Part shown: positions 12,801-25,650 of the stretch, one piece after another | Position numbering within the stretch: position 1 is the first letter of the stretch | Layout: each line of letters begins with the position of its first letter | Assembly (NCBI GenBank): GCA_964016885.1 | Contig: OZ024758.1 | Coordinates: forward strand, 29,636,001-29,700,000 | DNA length: 64,000 bases | From: Eledone cirrhosa | Taxonomy: Eukaryota | Reading direction: 5' to 3' | Made by a program: the position numbers and the translations under genes | The notes under the pieces: generated by a model | Seen by the model: only the letters and a program-made list of their open reading frames with translations | Told to the model about the DNA's origin: nothing | The model's database searches: none

Positions 12801-15800
12801 GTAAGTCATTTTGTTGTTGCTATCATAAAATTATTGGAAGTCATGTAAGTCTTTTTGTTGTTGCTATCATAAAATTATTTGAAGTAATGTAAGTGTTTTT
12901 GTTGTTGCTATCATAAAATTATTGGAAGTAATGTGTCTTTTTGTTGTTGCTATCATAAAATTATTGGAAGTAATGTAAGTCTTTTTGTTGTTGCTATTAT
13001 AAAATTATTTGAAAGTCATGTAAGTGTTTTTGTTGTTGCTATCATAAAATTATTGGAAGTCATGTAAGTCTTTTTGTTGTTGCTATCATAAAATTATTGG
13101 AAGTAATGTAAGTTTTTTGTTGTTGCTATCATAAAATTATTGGAAGTCATGTCAGTCTTTTTGTTGTTGCTATCATAAAAATATTGGAAGTCACGTAAGT
13201 CTTTTTGTTGTTGCTATCATAAAATTATTGGAAGTCATGTAAGTCTTTTTGTTGTTGCTATCATAAAATTATTGGAAGTCATGTAAGTCTTTTTGTTGTT
13301 GCTATCTTAAAATTATTGGAAGTAATATAAGTCTTTTTGTTGTTGCTATCATAAAATTATTGGAAGTCATGTAAGTCTTTTTGTTGTTGCTATCATAAAA
13401 TTATTGGAAGTAATATAAGTCTTTTTGTTGTTGCTATCATAAAATTATTGGAAGTCATGTAAGTCTTTTTGTTGTTGCTATCATAAAATTATTGGAAATC
13501 ATGTAAGTCTTTTTTGTTGTTGCTATCATAACATTATTGGAAATCATGTAAGTCTTTTTCTTGTTGCTATCATAAAAATATTGGAAGTCATGTAAGTTTT
13601 TTTGTTGTTGCTATCATAAAATTATTGGAAATCATGTAAGTCTTTTTGTTGTTGCTATCATAACATTATTGGAAATCATGTAAGTCTTTTTCTTGTTGCT
13701 ATCATGAAATTATTGGAAGTCATGTAAGTCTTTTTGTTGTTGCTATCATAAAATTATTGGAAGTAATGTAAGTCTTTTTGTTATTGCTATCATAAAATTA
13801 TTGGAAGTCATGTAAGTCTTTTTGTTGTTGCTATCATAAAATTATTGGAAGTCATGTAAGTCTTTTTGTTGTTGCCATCATAAAATTATTGGAAGTAATA
13901 TAAGTCTTTTTGTTGTTGCTATCATAAAATTATTGGAAGTCATGTAAGTCTTTTTGTTGTTGCTATCATAAAATTATTGGAAATCATGTAAGTCTTTTTG
14001 TTGTTGCTATCATAAAATTATTGGAAGTCATGTAAGTCTTTTTGTTGTTGCTATCATAAAATTATTGGAAGTAATGTAAGTCTTTTTGTTGTTGCTATCA
14101 TACAATTATTGGAAGTCATGTAAGTCTTTTTGTTGTTGCTATCTTAAAATTATTGGAAGTAATGTAAGTCTTTTTGTTGTTGCTATCATAAAATTATTGG
14201 AAGTCATATCAGTCTTTTTGTTGTTGCTATCATAAAATTATTGGAAGTCATGTAAGTCTTTTTGTTGTTGCTATCATAAAATTATTGGAAGTCATGTAAG
14301 TCATTTTGTTGTTGCTATCATAAAATTATTGGAAGTCATGTAAGTCTTTTTGTTGTTGCTATCATAAAATTATTTGAAGTAATGTAAGTGTTTTTGTTGT
14401 TGCTATCATAAAATTATTGGAAGTAATGTGTCTTTTTGTTGTTGCTATCATAAAATTATTGGAAGTAATGTAAGTCTTTTTGTTGTTGCTATTATAAAAT
14501 TATTTGAAAGTCATGTAAGTGTTTTTGTTGTTGCTATCATAAAATTATTGGAAGTCATGTAAGTCTTTTTGTTGTTGCTATCATAAAATTATTGGAAGTA
14601 ATGTAAGTTTTTTGTTGTTGCTATCATAAAATTATTGGAAGTCATGTCAGTCTTTTTGTTGTTGCTATCATAAAAATATTGGAAGTCACGTAAGTCTTTT
14701 TGTTGTTGCTATCATAAAATTATTGGAAGTCATGTAAGTCTTTTTGTTGTTGCTATCATAAAATTATTGGAAGTCATGTAAGTCTTTTTGTTGTTGCTAT
14801 CTTAAAATTATTGGAAGTAATATAAGTCTTTTTGTTGTTGCTATCATAAAATTATTGGAAGTCATGTAAGTCTTTTTGTTGTTGCTATCATAAAATTATT
14901 GGAAGTAATATAAGTCTTTTTGTTGTTGCTATCATAAAATTATTGGAAGTCATGTAAGTCTTTTTGTTGTTGCTATCATAAAATTATTGGAAATCATGTA
15001 AGTCTTTTTTGTTGTTGCTATCATAACATTATTGGAAATCATGTAAGTCTTTTTCTTGTTGCTATCATAAAAATATTGGAAGTCATGTAAGTTTTTTTGT
15101 TGTTGCTATCATAAAATTATTGGAAATCATGTAAGTCTTTTTGTTGTTGCTATCATAACATTATTGGAAATCATGTAAGTCTTTTTCTTGTTGCTATCAT
15201 GAAATTATTGGAAGTCATGTAAGTCTTTTTGTTGTTGCTATCATAAAATTATTGGAAGTAATGTAAGTCTTTTTGTTATTGCTATCATAAAATTATTGGA
15301 AGTCATGTAAGTCTTTTTGTTGTTGCTATCATAAAATTATTGGAAGTCATGTAAGTCTTTTTGTTGTTGCCATCATAAAATTATTGGAAGTAATATAAGT
15401 CTTTTTGTTGTTGCTATCATAAAATTATTGGAAGTCATGTAAGTCTTTTTGTTGTTGCTATCATAAAATTATTGGAAATCATGTAAGTCTTTTTTGTTGT
15501 TGCTATCATAACATTATTGGAAATCATGTAAGTCTTTTTCTTGTTGCTATCATAAAAATATTGGAAGTCATGTAAGTTTTTTTGTTGTTGCTATCATAAA
15601 ATTATTGGAAATCATGTAAGTCTTTTTGTTGTTGCTATCATAACATTATTGGAAATCATGTAAGTCTTTTTCTTGTTGCTATCATGAAATTATTGGAAGT
15701 CATGTAAGTCTTTTTGTTGTTGCTATCATAAAATTATTGGAAGTAATGTAAGTCTTTTTGTTATTGTTATCATAAAATTATTGGAAGTCATGTAAGTCTT

Positions 15801-17950
15801 TTTGTTGTTGCTATCATAAAATTATTGGAAGTCATGTAAGTCTTTTTGTTGTTGTTATCATAAAATTATTGGAATTAATGTAAGTCTTTTTGTTGTTGCT
15901 ATCATAAAATTATTGGAAGTCATGTAAGTCTTTTTGTTGTTGCTATCATAAAATTATTGGAAGTCATGTAAGTCTTTTTGTTGTTGCTATCATAAAATTA
16001 TTGGAAGTCATGTAAGTCTTTTTGTTGTTGCTATCATAAAATTATTGGAAGTAATGTAAGTCTTTTTGTTGTTGCTATCATACAATTATTGGAAGTCATG
16101 TAAGTCTTTTTGTTGTTGCTATCTTAAAATTATTGGAAGTAATGTAAGTCTTTTTGTTGTTGCTATCATAAAATTATTGGAAGTCATATCAGTCTTTTTG
16201 TTGTTGCTATCATAAAATTATTGGAAGTCATGTAAGTCTTTTTGTTGTTGCTATCATAAAATTATTGGAAGTCATGTAAGTCATTTTGTTGTTGCTATCA
16301 TAAAATTATTGGAAGTCATGTAAGTCTTTTTGTTGTTGCTATCATAAAATTATTTGAAGTAATGTAAGTGTTTTTGTTGTTGCTATCATAAAATTATTGG
16401 AAGTAATGTGTCTTTTTGTTGTTGCTATCATAAAATTATTGGAAGTAATGTAAGTCTTTTTGTTGTTGCTATTATAAAATTATTTGAAAGTCATGTAAGT
16501 GTTTTTGTTGTTGCTATCATAAAATTATTGGAAGTCATGTAAGTCTTTTTGTTGTTGCTATCATAAAATTATTGGAAGTAATGTAAGTTTTTTGTTGTTG
16601 CTATCATAAAAATATTGGAAGTCACGTAAGTCTTTTTGTTGTTGCTATCATAAAATTATTGGAAGTCATGTAAGTCTTTTTGTTGTTGCTATCATAAAAT
16701 TATTGGAAGTCATGTAAGTCTTTTTGTTGTTGCTATCTTAAAATTATTGGAAGTAATATAAGTCTTTTTGTTGTTGCTATCATAAAATTATTGGAAGTCA
16801 TGTAAGTCTTTTTGTTGTTGCTATCATAAAATTATTGGAAGTAATATAAGTCTTTTTGTTGTTGCTATCATAAAATTATTGGAAGTCATGTAAGTCTTTT
16901 TGTTGTTGCTATCATAAAATTATTGGAAATCATGTAAGTCTTTTTTGTTGTTGCTATCATAACATTATTGGAAATCATGTAAGTCTTTTTCTTGTTGCTA
17001 TCATAAAAATATTGGAAGTCATGTAAGTTTTTTTGTTGTTGCTATCATAAAATTATTGGAAATCATGTAAGTCTTTTTGTTGTTGCTATCATAACATTAT
17101 TGGAAATCATGTAAGTCTTTTTCTTGTTGCTATCATGAAATTATTGGAAGTCATGTAAGTCTTTTTGTTGTTGCTATCATAAAATTATTGGAAGTAATGT
17201 AAGTCTTTTTGTTATTGCTATCATAAAATTATTGGAAGTCATGTAAGTCTTTTTGTTGTTGCTATCATAAAATTATTGGAAGTCATGTAAGTCTTTTTGT
17301 TGTTGTTATCATAAAATTATTGGAATTAATGTAAGTCTTTTTGTTGTTGCTATCATAAAATTATTGGAAGTCATGTAAGTCTTTTTGTTGTTGCTATCAT
17401 AAAATTATTGGAAGTCATGTAAGTCTTTTTGTTGTTGCTATCATAAAATTATTGGAAGTCATGTAAGTCTTTTTGTTGTTGCTATCATAAAATTATTGGA
17501 AGTAATGTAAGTCTTTTTGTTGTTGCTATCATACAATTATTGGAAGTCATGTAAGTCTTTTTGTTGTTGCTATCTTAAAATTATTGGAAGTAATGTAAGT
17601 CTTTTTGTTGTTGCTATCATAAAATTATTGGAAGTCATATCAGTCTTTTTGTTGTTGCTATCATAAAATTATTGGAAGTCATGTAAGTCTTTTTGTTGTT
17701 GCTATCATAAAATTATTGGAAGTCATGTAAGTCATTTTGTTGTTGCTATCATAAACTTATTGGAAGTCATGTAAGTCTTTTTGTTGTTGCTATCATAAAA
17801 TTATTTGAAGTAATGTAAGTGTTTTTGTTGTTGCTATCATAAAATTATTGGAAGTAATGTGTCTTTTTGTTGTTGCTATCATAAAATTATTGGAAGTAAT
17901 GTAAGTCTTTTTGTTGTTGCTATTATAAAATTATTTGAAAGTCATGTAAG
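9870..17950 (+). repeat. Local higher-order repeat, 45-mer (1,980 bp), with deletion derivatives
   Basis: GCCATC marker at 9914/11894/13874/15369 (offsets 1980, 1980, 1495). GCTATTATAAAATTATTTGAAAG at 11013/12993/14488/16468/17919 (offsets 1980, 1495, 1980, 1451). Confidence 0.9.
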
Positions 17951-20900
17951 TGTTTTTGTTGTTGCTATCATAAAATTATTGGAAGTCATGTAAGTCTTTT
18001 TGTTGTTGCTATCATAAAATTATTGGAAGTAATGTAAGTTTTTTGTTGTTGCTATCATAAAAATATTGGAAGTCACGTAAGTCTTTTTGTTGTTGCTATC
18101 ATAAAATTATTGGAAGTCATGTAAGTCTTTTTGTTGTTGCTATCATAAAATTATTGGAAGTCATGTAAGTCTTTTTGTTGTTGCTATCTTAAAATTATTG
18201 GAAGTAATATAAGTCTTTTTGTTGTTGCTATCATAAAATTATTGGAAGTAATGTGTCTTTTTGTTGTTGCTATCATAAAATTATTGGAAGTAATGTAAGT
18301 CTTTTTGTTGTTGCTATTATAAAATTATTTGAAAGTCATGTAAGTGTTTTTGTTGTTGCTATCATAAAATTATTGGAAGTCATGTAAGTCTTTTTGTTGT
18401 TGCTATCATAAAATTATTGGAAGTAATGTAAGTTTTTTGTTGTTGCTATCATAAAAATATTGGAAGTCACGTAAGTCTTTTTGTTGTTGCTATCATAAAA
18501 TTATTGGAAGTCATGTAAGTCTTTTTGTTGTTGCTATCATAAAATTATTGGAAGTCATGTAAGTCTTTTTGTTGTTGCTATCTTAAAATTATTGGAAGTA
18601 ATATAAGTCTTTTTGTTGTTGCTATCATAAAATTATTGGAAGTCATGTAAGTCTTTTTGTTGTTGCTATCATAAAATTATTGGAAGTAATATAAGTCTTT
18701 TTGTTGTTGCTATCATAAAATTATTGGAAGTCATGTAAGTCTTTTTGTTGTTGCTATCATAAAATTATTGGAAATCATGTAAGTCTTTTTTGTTGTTGCT
18801 ATCATAACATTATTGGAAATCATGTAAGTCTTTTTCTTGTTGCTATCATAAAAATATTGGAAGTCATGTAAGTTTTTTGTTGTTGCTATCATAAAATTAT
18901 TGGAAATCATGTAAGTCTTTTTGTTGTTGCTATCATAACATTATTGGAAATCATGTAAGTCTTTTTCTTGTTGCTATCATGAAATTATTGGAAGTCATGT
19001 AAGTCTTTTTGTTGTTGCTATCATAAAATTATTGGAAGTAATGTAAGTCTTTTTGTTATTGCTATCATAAAATTATTGGAAGTCATGTAAGTCTTTTTGT
19101 TGTTGCTATCATAAAATTATTGGAAGTCATGTAAGTCTTTTTGTTGTTGTTATCATAAAATTATTGGAATTAATGTAAGTCTTTTTGTTGTTGCTATCAT
19201 AAAATTATTGGAAGTCATGTAAGTCTTTTTGTTGTTGCTATCATAAAATTATTGGAAGTCATGTAAGTCTTTTTGTTGTTGCTATCATAAAATTATTGGA
19301 AGTCATGTAAGTCTTTTTGTTGTTGCTATCATAAAATTATTGGAAGTAATGTAAGTCTTTTTGTTGTTGCTATCATACAATTATTGGAAGTCATGTAAGT
19401 CTTTTTGTTGTTGCTATCTTAAAATTATTGGAAGTAATGTAAGTCTTTTTGTTGTTGCTATCATAAAATTATTGGAAGTCATATCAGTCTTTTTGTTGTT
19501 GCTATCATAAAATTATTGGAAGTCATGTAAGTCTTTTTGTTGTTGCTATCATAAAATTATTGGAAGTCATGTAAGTCATTTTGTTGTTGCTATCATAAAA
19601 TTATTGGAAGTCATGTAAGTCTTTTTATTGTTGCTATCATAAAATTATTTGAAGTAATGTAAGTGTTTTTGTTGTTGCTATCATAAAATTATTGGAAGTA
19701 AGGTGTCTTTTTGTTGTTGCTATCATAAAATTATTGGAAGTAATGTAAGTCTTTTTGTTGTTGCTATCATAAAATTATTGGAAGTCATGTAAGGCTTTTT
19801 GTTGTTGCTATCATAAAATTATTGGAAGTCATGTAAGTCTTTTTGTTGTTATCATAAAATTATTGGAATTAATGTAAGTCTTTTTGTTGTTGCTATCATA
19901 AAATTATTGGAAGTCATGTAAGTCTTTTTGTTGTTGTTATCATAAAATTATTGGAAGTCATGTAAGTCTTTTTGTTGTTGCTATCATAAAATTATTGGAA
20001 GTCATGTAAGTCTTTTTGTTGTTGCTATCATAAAATTATTGGAAGTAATGTAAGTCTTTTTGTTGTTGCTATCATACAATTATTGGAAGTCATGTAAGTC
20101 TTTTTGTTGTTGCTATCTTAAAATTATTGGAAGTAATGTAAGTCTTTTTGTTGTTGCTATCATAAAATTATTGGAAGTCATATCAGTCTTTTTGTTGTTG
20201 CTATCATAAAATTATTGGAAGTCATGTAAGTCTTTTTGTTGTTGCTATTATAAAATTATTTGAAAGTCATGTAAGTGTTTTTGTTGTTGCTATCATAAAA
20301 TTATAGGAAGTCATGTCAGTCTTTTTGTTGTTCCTATCATAAAATTATTGGAAGTCATGTAAGTGTTTTTGTTGTTGCTATCATAAAATTATTGGAAGTC
20401 ATGTAAGTCTTTTTGTTGTTGCTGTCATAAAATTATTGGAAGTCATATCAGTGTTTTTGTTGTTGCTATCATAAAATTATGGGAAGTAATGTAAGTCTTT
20501 TTGATGTTGCTATCATAAAATTATTGGAAGTCATGTAAGTGTTTTTGTTGTTGCTATCATAAAATTATTGAAAGTAATATAAGTGTTTTTGTTGTTGCTA
20601 TTATAAAATTATTGGAAGTCATGTAAGTGTTTTTGTTGTTGCTATCATAAAATTATTGGAAGTCATGTAAGTCTTTTTGTTGTTGCTATCATAAAATTAT
20701 TGGAAGTCATGTAAGTCTTTTTGTTGTTGCTATCATAAAATTATTGGAAGTCGTGTAAGTCTTTTTGTTGTTGCTATCATAAAATTATTGGAAGTCGTGT
20801 AAGTCTTTTTGTTGTTGCTATCATAAAATTATTGGAAGTCATGTAAGTCTTTTTGTTGTTGCTATCATAAAATTATTGGAAGTCATGTAAGTCTCTTTGT

Positions 20901-23900
20901 TGTTGCTATCATAATATTATTGGAAGTCATGTAAGTCTTTTTGTTGTTGCTATCATAAAATTATTGGAAGTCATGTAAGTGTTTTTGTTGTTGCTATCAT
21001 AAAATTATTGGAAGTAATGTGTCTTTTTGTTGTTGCTATCATAAAATTATTGGAAGTAATGTAAGTCTTTTTCTTGTTGCTATCATAAAAATATTGGAAG
21101 TCATGTAAGTCTTTTTGTTGTTGCTATCATAAAATTATTGGAAATCATGTAAGTCTTTTTGTTGTTGCTATCAATACATTATTGGAAATCATGTAAGTCT
21201 TTTTCTTGTTGCTATCATGAAATTATTGGAAGTCATGTAAGTCTTTTTGTTGTTGCTATCATAAAATTATTGGAAGTAATGTAAGTCTTTTTGTTGTTGC
21301 TATCATACAATTATTGGAAGTCATGTAAGTCTTTTTGTTGTTGCTATCATAAAATTATTGGAAGTAATGTAAGTTTTTTGTTGTTGCTATCATAAAAATA
21401 TTGGAAGTCACGTAAGTCTTTTTGTTGTTGCTATCATAAAATTATTGGAAGTCATGTAAGTCTTTTTGTTGTTGCTATCATAAAATTATTGGAAGTCATG
21501 TAAGTCTTTTTGTTGTTGCTATCTTAAAATTATTGGAAGTAATATAAGTCTTTTTGTTGTTGCTATCATAAAATTATTGGAAGTCATGTAAGTCTTTTTG
21601 TTGTTGCTATCATAAAATTATTGGAAGTAATATAAGTCTTTTTGTTGTTGCTATCATAAAATTATTGGAAGTCATGTAAGTCTTTTTGTTGTTGCTATCA
21701 TAAAATTATTGGAAATCATGTAAGTCTTTTTTGTTGTTGCTATCATAACATTATTGGAAATCATGTAAGTCTTTTTCTTGTTGCTATCATAAAAATATTG
21801 GAAGTCATGTAAGTTTTTTTGTTGTTGCTATCATAAAATTATTGGAAATCATGTAAGTCTTTTTGTTGTTGCTATCATAACATTATTGGAAATCATGTAA
21901 GTCTTTTTCTTGTTGCTATCATGAAATTATTGGAAGTCATGTAAGTCTTTTTGTTGTTGCTATCATAAAATTATTGGAAGTAATGTAAGTCTTTTTGTTA
22001 TTGCTATCATAAAATTATTGGAAGTCATGTAAGTCTTTTTGTTGTTGCTATCATAAAATTATTGGAAGTCATGTAAGTCTTTTTGTTGTTGTTATCATAA
22101 AATTATTGGAATTAATGTAAGTCTTTTTGTTGTTGCTATCATAAAATTATTGGAAGTCATGTAAGTCTTTTTGTTGTTGCTATCATAAAATTATTGGAAG
22201 TCATGTAAGTCTTTTTGTTGTTGCTATCATAAAATTATTGGAAGTCATGTAAGTCTTTTTGTTGTTGCTATCATAAAATTATTGGAAGTAATGTAAGTCT
22301 TTTTGTTGTTGCTATCATACAATTATTGGAAGTCATGTAAGTCTTTTTGTTGTTGCTATCTTAAAATTATTGGAAGTAATGTAAGTCTTTTTGTTGTTGC
22401 TATCATAAAATTATTGGAAGTCATATCAGTCTTTTTGTTGTTGCTATCATAAAATTATTGGAAGTCATGTAAGTCTTTTTGTTGTTGCTATCATAAAATT
22501 ATTGGAAGTCATGTAAGTCATTTTGTTGTTGCTATCATAAACTTATTGGAAGTCATGTAAGTCTTTTTGTTGTTGCTATCATAAAATTATTTGAAGTAAT
22601 GTAAGTGTTTTTGTTGTTGCTATCATAAAATTATTGGAAGTAATGTGTCTTTTTGTTGTTGCTATCATAAAATTATTGGAAGTAATGTAAGTCTTTTTGT
22701 TGTTGCTATTATAAAATTATTTGAAAGTCATGTAAGTGTTTTTGTTGTTGCTATCATAAAATTATTGGAAGTCATGTAAGTCTTTTTGTTGTTGCTATCA
22801 TAAAATTATTGGAAGTAATGTAAGTTTTTTGTTGTTGCTATCATAAAATTATTGGAAGTCATGTAAGTCTTTTTGTTGTTGCTATCTTAAAATTATTGGA
22901 AGTAATATAAGTCTTTTTGTTGTTGCTATCATAAAATTATTGGAAGTCATGTAAGTCTTTTTGTTGTTGCTATCATAAAATTATTGGAAGTAATATAAGT
23001 CTTTTTGTTGTTGCTATCATAAAATTATTGGAAGTCATGTAAGTCTTTTTGTTGTTGCTATCATAAAATTATTGGAAATCATGTAAGTCTTTTTTGTTGT
23101 TGCTATCATAACATTATTGGAAATCATGTAAGTCTTTTTCTTGTTGCTATCATAAAAATATTGGAAGTCATGTAAGTTTTTTGTTGTTGCTATCATAAAA
23201 TTATTGGAAATCATGTAAGTCTTTTTGTTGTTGCTATCATAACATTATTGGAAATCATGTAAGTCTTTTTCTTGTTGCTATCATGAAATTATTGGAAGTC
23301 ATGTAAGTCTTTTTGTTGTTGCTATCATAAAATTATTGGAAGTAATGTAAGTCTTTTTGTTATTGCTATCATAAAATTATTGGAAGTCATGTAAGTCTTT
23401 TTGTTGTTGCTATCATAAAATTATTGGAAGTCATGTAAGTCTTTTTGTTGTTGTTATCATAAAATTATTGGAATTAATGTAAGTCTTTTTGTTGTTGCTA
23501 TCATAAAATTATTGGAAGTCATGTAAGTCTTTTTGTTGTTGCTATCATAAAATTATTGGAAGTCATGTAAGTCTTTTTGTTGTTGCTATCATAAAATTAT
23601 TGGAAGTCATGTAAGTCTTTTTGTTGTTGCTATCATAAAATTATTGGAAGTAATGTAAGTCTTTTTGTTGTTGCTATCATACAATTATTGGAAGTCATGT
23701 AAGTCTTTTTGTTGTTGCTATCTTAAAATTATTGGAAGTAATGTAAGTCTTTTTGTTGTTGCTATCATAAAATTATTGGAAGTCATATCAGTCTTTTTGT
23801 TGTTGCTATCATAAAATTATTGGAAGTCATGTAAGTCTTTTTGTTGTTGCTATCATAAAATTATTGGAAGTCATGTAAGTCATTTTGTTGTTGCTATCAT

Positions 23901-25650
23901 AAAATTATTGGAAGTCATGTAAGTCTTTTTATTGTTGCTATCATAAAATTATTTGAAGTAATGTAAGTGTTTTTGTTGTTGCTATCATAAAATTATTGGA
24001 AGTAATGTGTCTTTTTGTTGTTGCTATCATAAAATTATTGGAAGTAATGTAAGTCTTTTTGTTGTTGCTATCATAAAATTATTGGAAGTCATGTAAGGCT
24101 TTTTGTTGTTGCTATCATAAAATTATTGGAAGTCATGTAAGTCTTTTTGTTGTTATCATAAAATTATTGGAATTAATGTAAGTCTTTTTGTTGTTGCTAT
24201 CATAAAATTATTGGAAGTCATGTAAGTCTTTTTGTTGTTGTTATCATAAAATTATTGGAAGTCATGTAAGTCTTTTTGTTGTTGCTATCATAAAATTATT
24301 GGAAGTCATGTAAGTCTTTTTGTTGTTGCTATCATAAAATTATTGGAAGTAATGTAAGTCTTTTTGTTGTTGCTATCATACAATTATTGGAAGTCATGTA
24401 AGTCTTTTTGTTGTTGCTATCTTAAAATTATTGGAAGTAATGTAAGTCTTTTTGTTGTTGCTATCATAAAATTATTGGAAGTCATATCAGTCTTTTTGTT
24501 GTTGCTATCATAAAATTATTGGAAGTCATGTAAGTCTTTTTGTTGTTGCTATTATAAAATTATTTGAAAGTCATGTAAGTGTTTTTGTTGTTGCTATCAT
24601 AAAATTATAGGAAGTCATGTCAGTCTTTTTGTTGTTCCTATCATAAAATTATTGGAAGTCATGTAAGTGTTTTTGTTGTTGCTATCATAAAATTATTGGA
24701 AGTCATGTAAGTCTTTTTGTTGTTGCTATCATAAAATTATTGGAAGTCATATCAGTGTTTTTGTTGTTGCTATCATAAAATTATGGGAAGTAATGTAAGT
24801 CTTTTTGATGTTGCTATCATAAAATTATTGGAAGTCATGTAAGTGTTTTTGTTGTTGCTATCATAAAATTATTGAAAGTAATATAAGTGTTTTTGTTGTT
24901 GCTATTATAAAATTATTGGAAGTCATGTAAGTGTTTTTGTTGTTGCTATCATAAAATTATTGGAAGTCATGTAAGTCTTTTTGTTGTTGCTATCATAAAA
25001 TTATTGGAAGTCATGTAAGTCTTTTTGTTGTTGCTATCATAAAATTATTGGAAGTCGTGTAAGTCTTTTTGTTGTTGCTATCATAAAATTATTGGAAGTC
25101 GTGTAAGTCTTTTTGTTGTTGCTATCATAAAATTATTGGAAGTCATGTAAGTCTTTTTGTTGTTGCTATCATAAAATTATTGGAAGTCATGTAAGTCTCT
25201 TTGTTGTTGCTATCATAATATTATTGGAAGTCATGTAAGTCTTTTTGTTGTTGCTATCATAAAATTATTGGAAGTCATGTAAGTGTTTTTGTTGTTGCTA
25301 TCATAAAATTATTGGAAGTAATGTGTCTTTTTGTTGTTGCTATCATAAAATTATTGGAAGTAATGTAAGTCTTTTTCTTGTTGCTATCATAAAAATATTG
25401 GAAGTCATGTAAGTCTTTTTGTTGTTGCTATCATAAAATTATTGGAAATCATGTAAGTCTTTTTGTTGTTGCTATCAATACATTATTGGAAATCATGTAA
25501 GTCTTTTTCTTGTTGCTATCATGAAATTATTGGAAGTCATGTAAGTCTTTTTGTTGTTGCTATCATAAAATTATTGGAAGTAATGTAAGTCTTTTTGTTG
25601 TTGCTATCATACAATTATTGGAAGTCATGTAAGTCTTTTTGTTGTTGCTA
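16557..25650 (+). repeat. Tandem duplication of about 4.8 kb (about 16557-21342 copied at about 21343-25650)
   Basis: ATAAACTTAT at 17751/22537 (offset 4786). CTTTTTATTG 19621/23925, AAGGCT 19791/24095, GGGAAG 20481/24785 and TCAATACATT 21171/25475 (all offset 4304). Confidence 0.88.
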
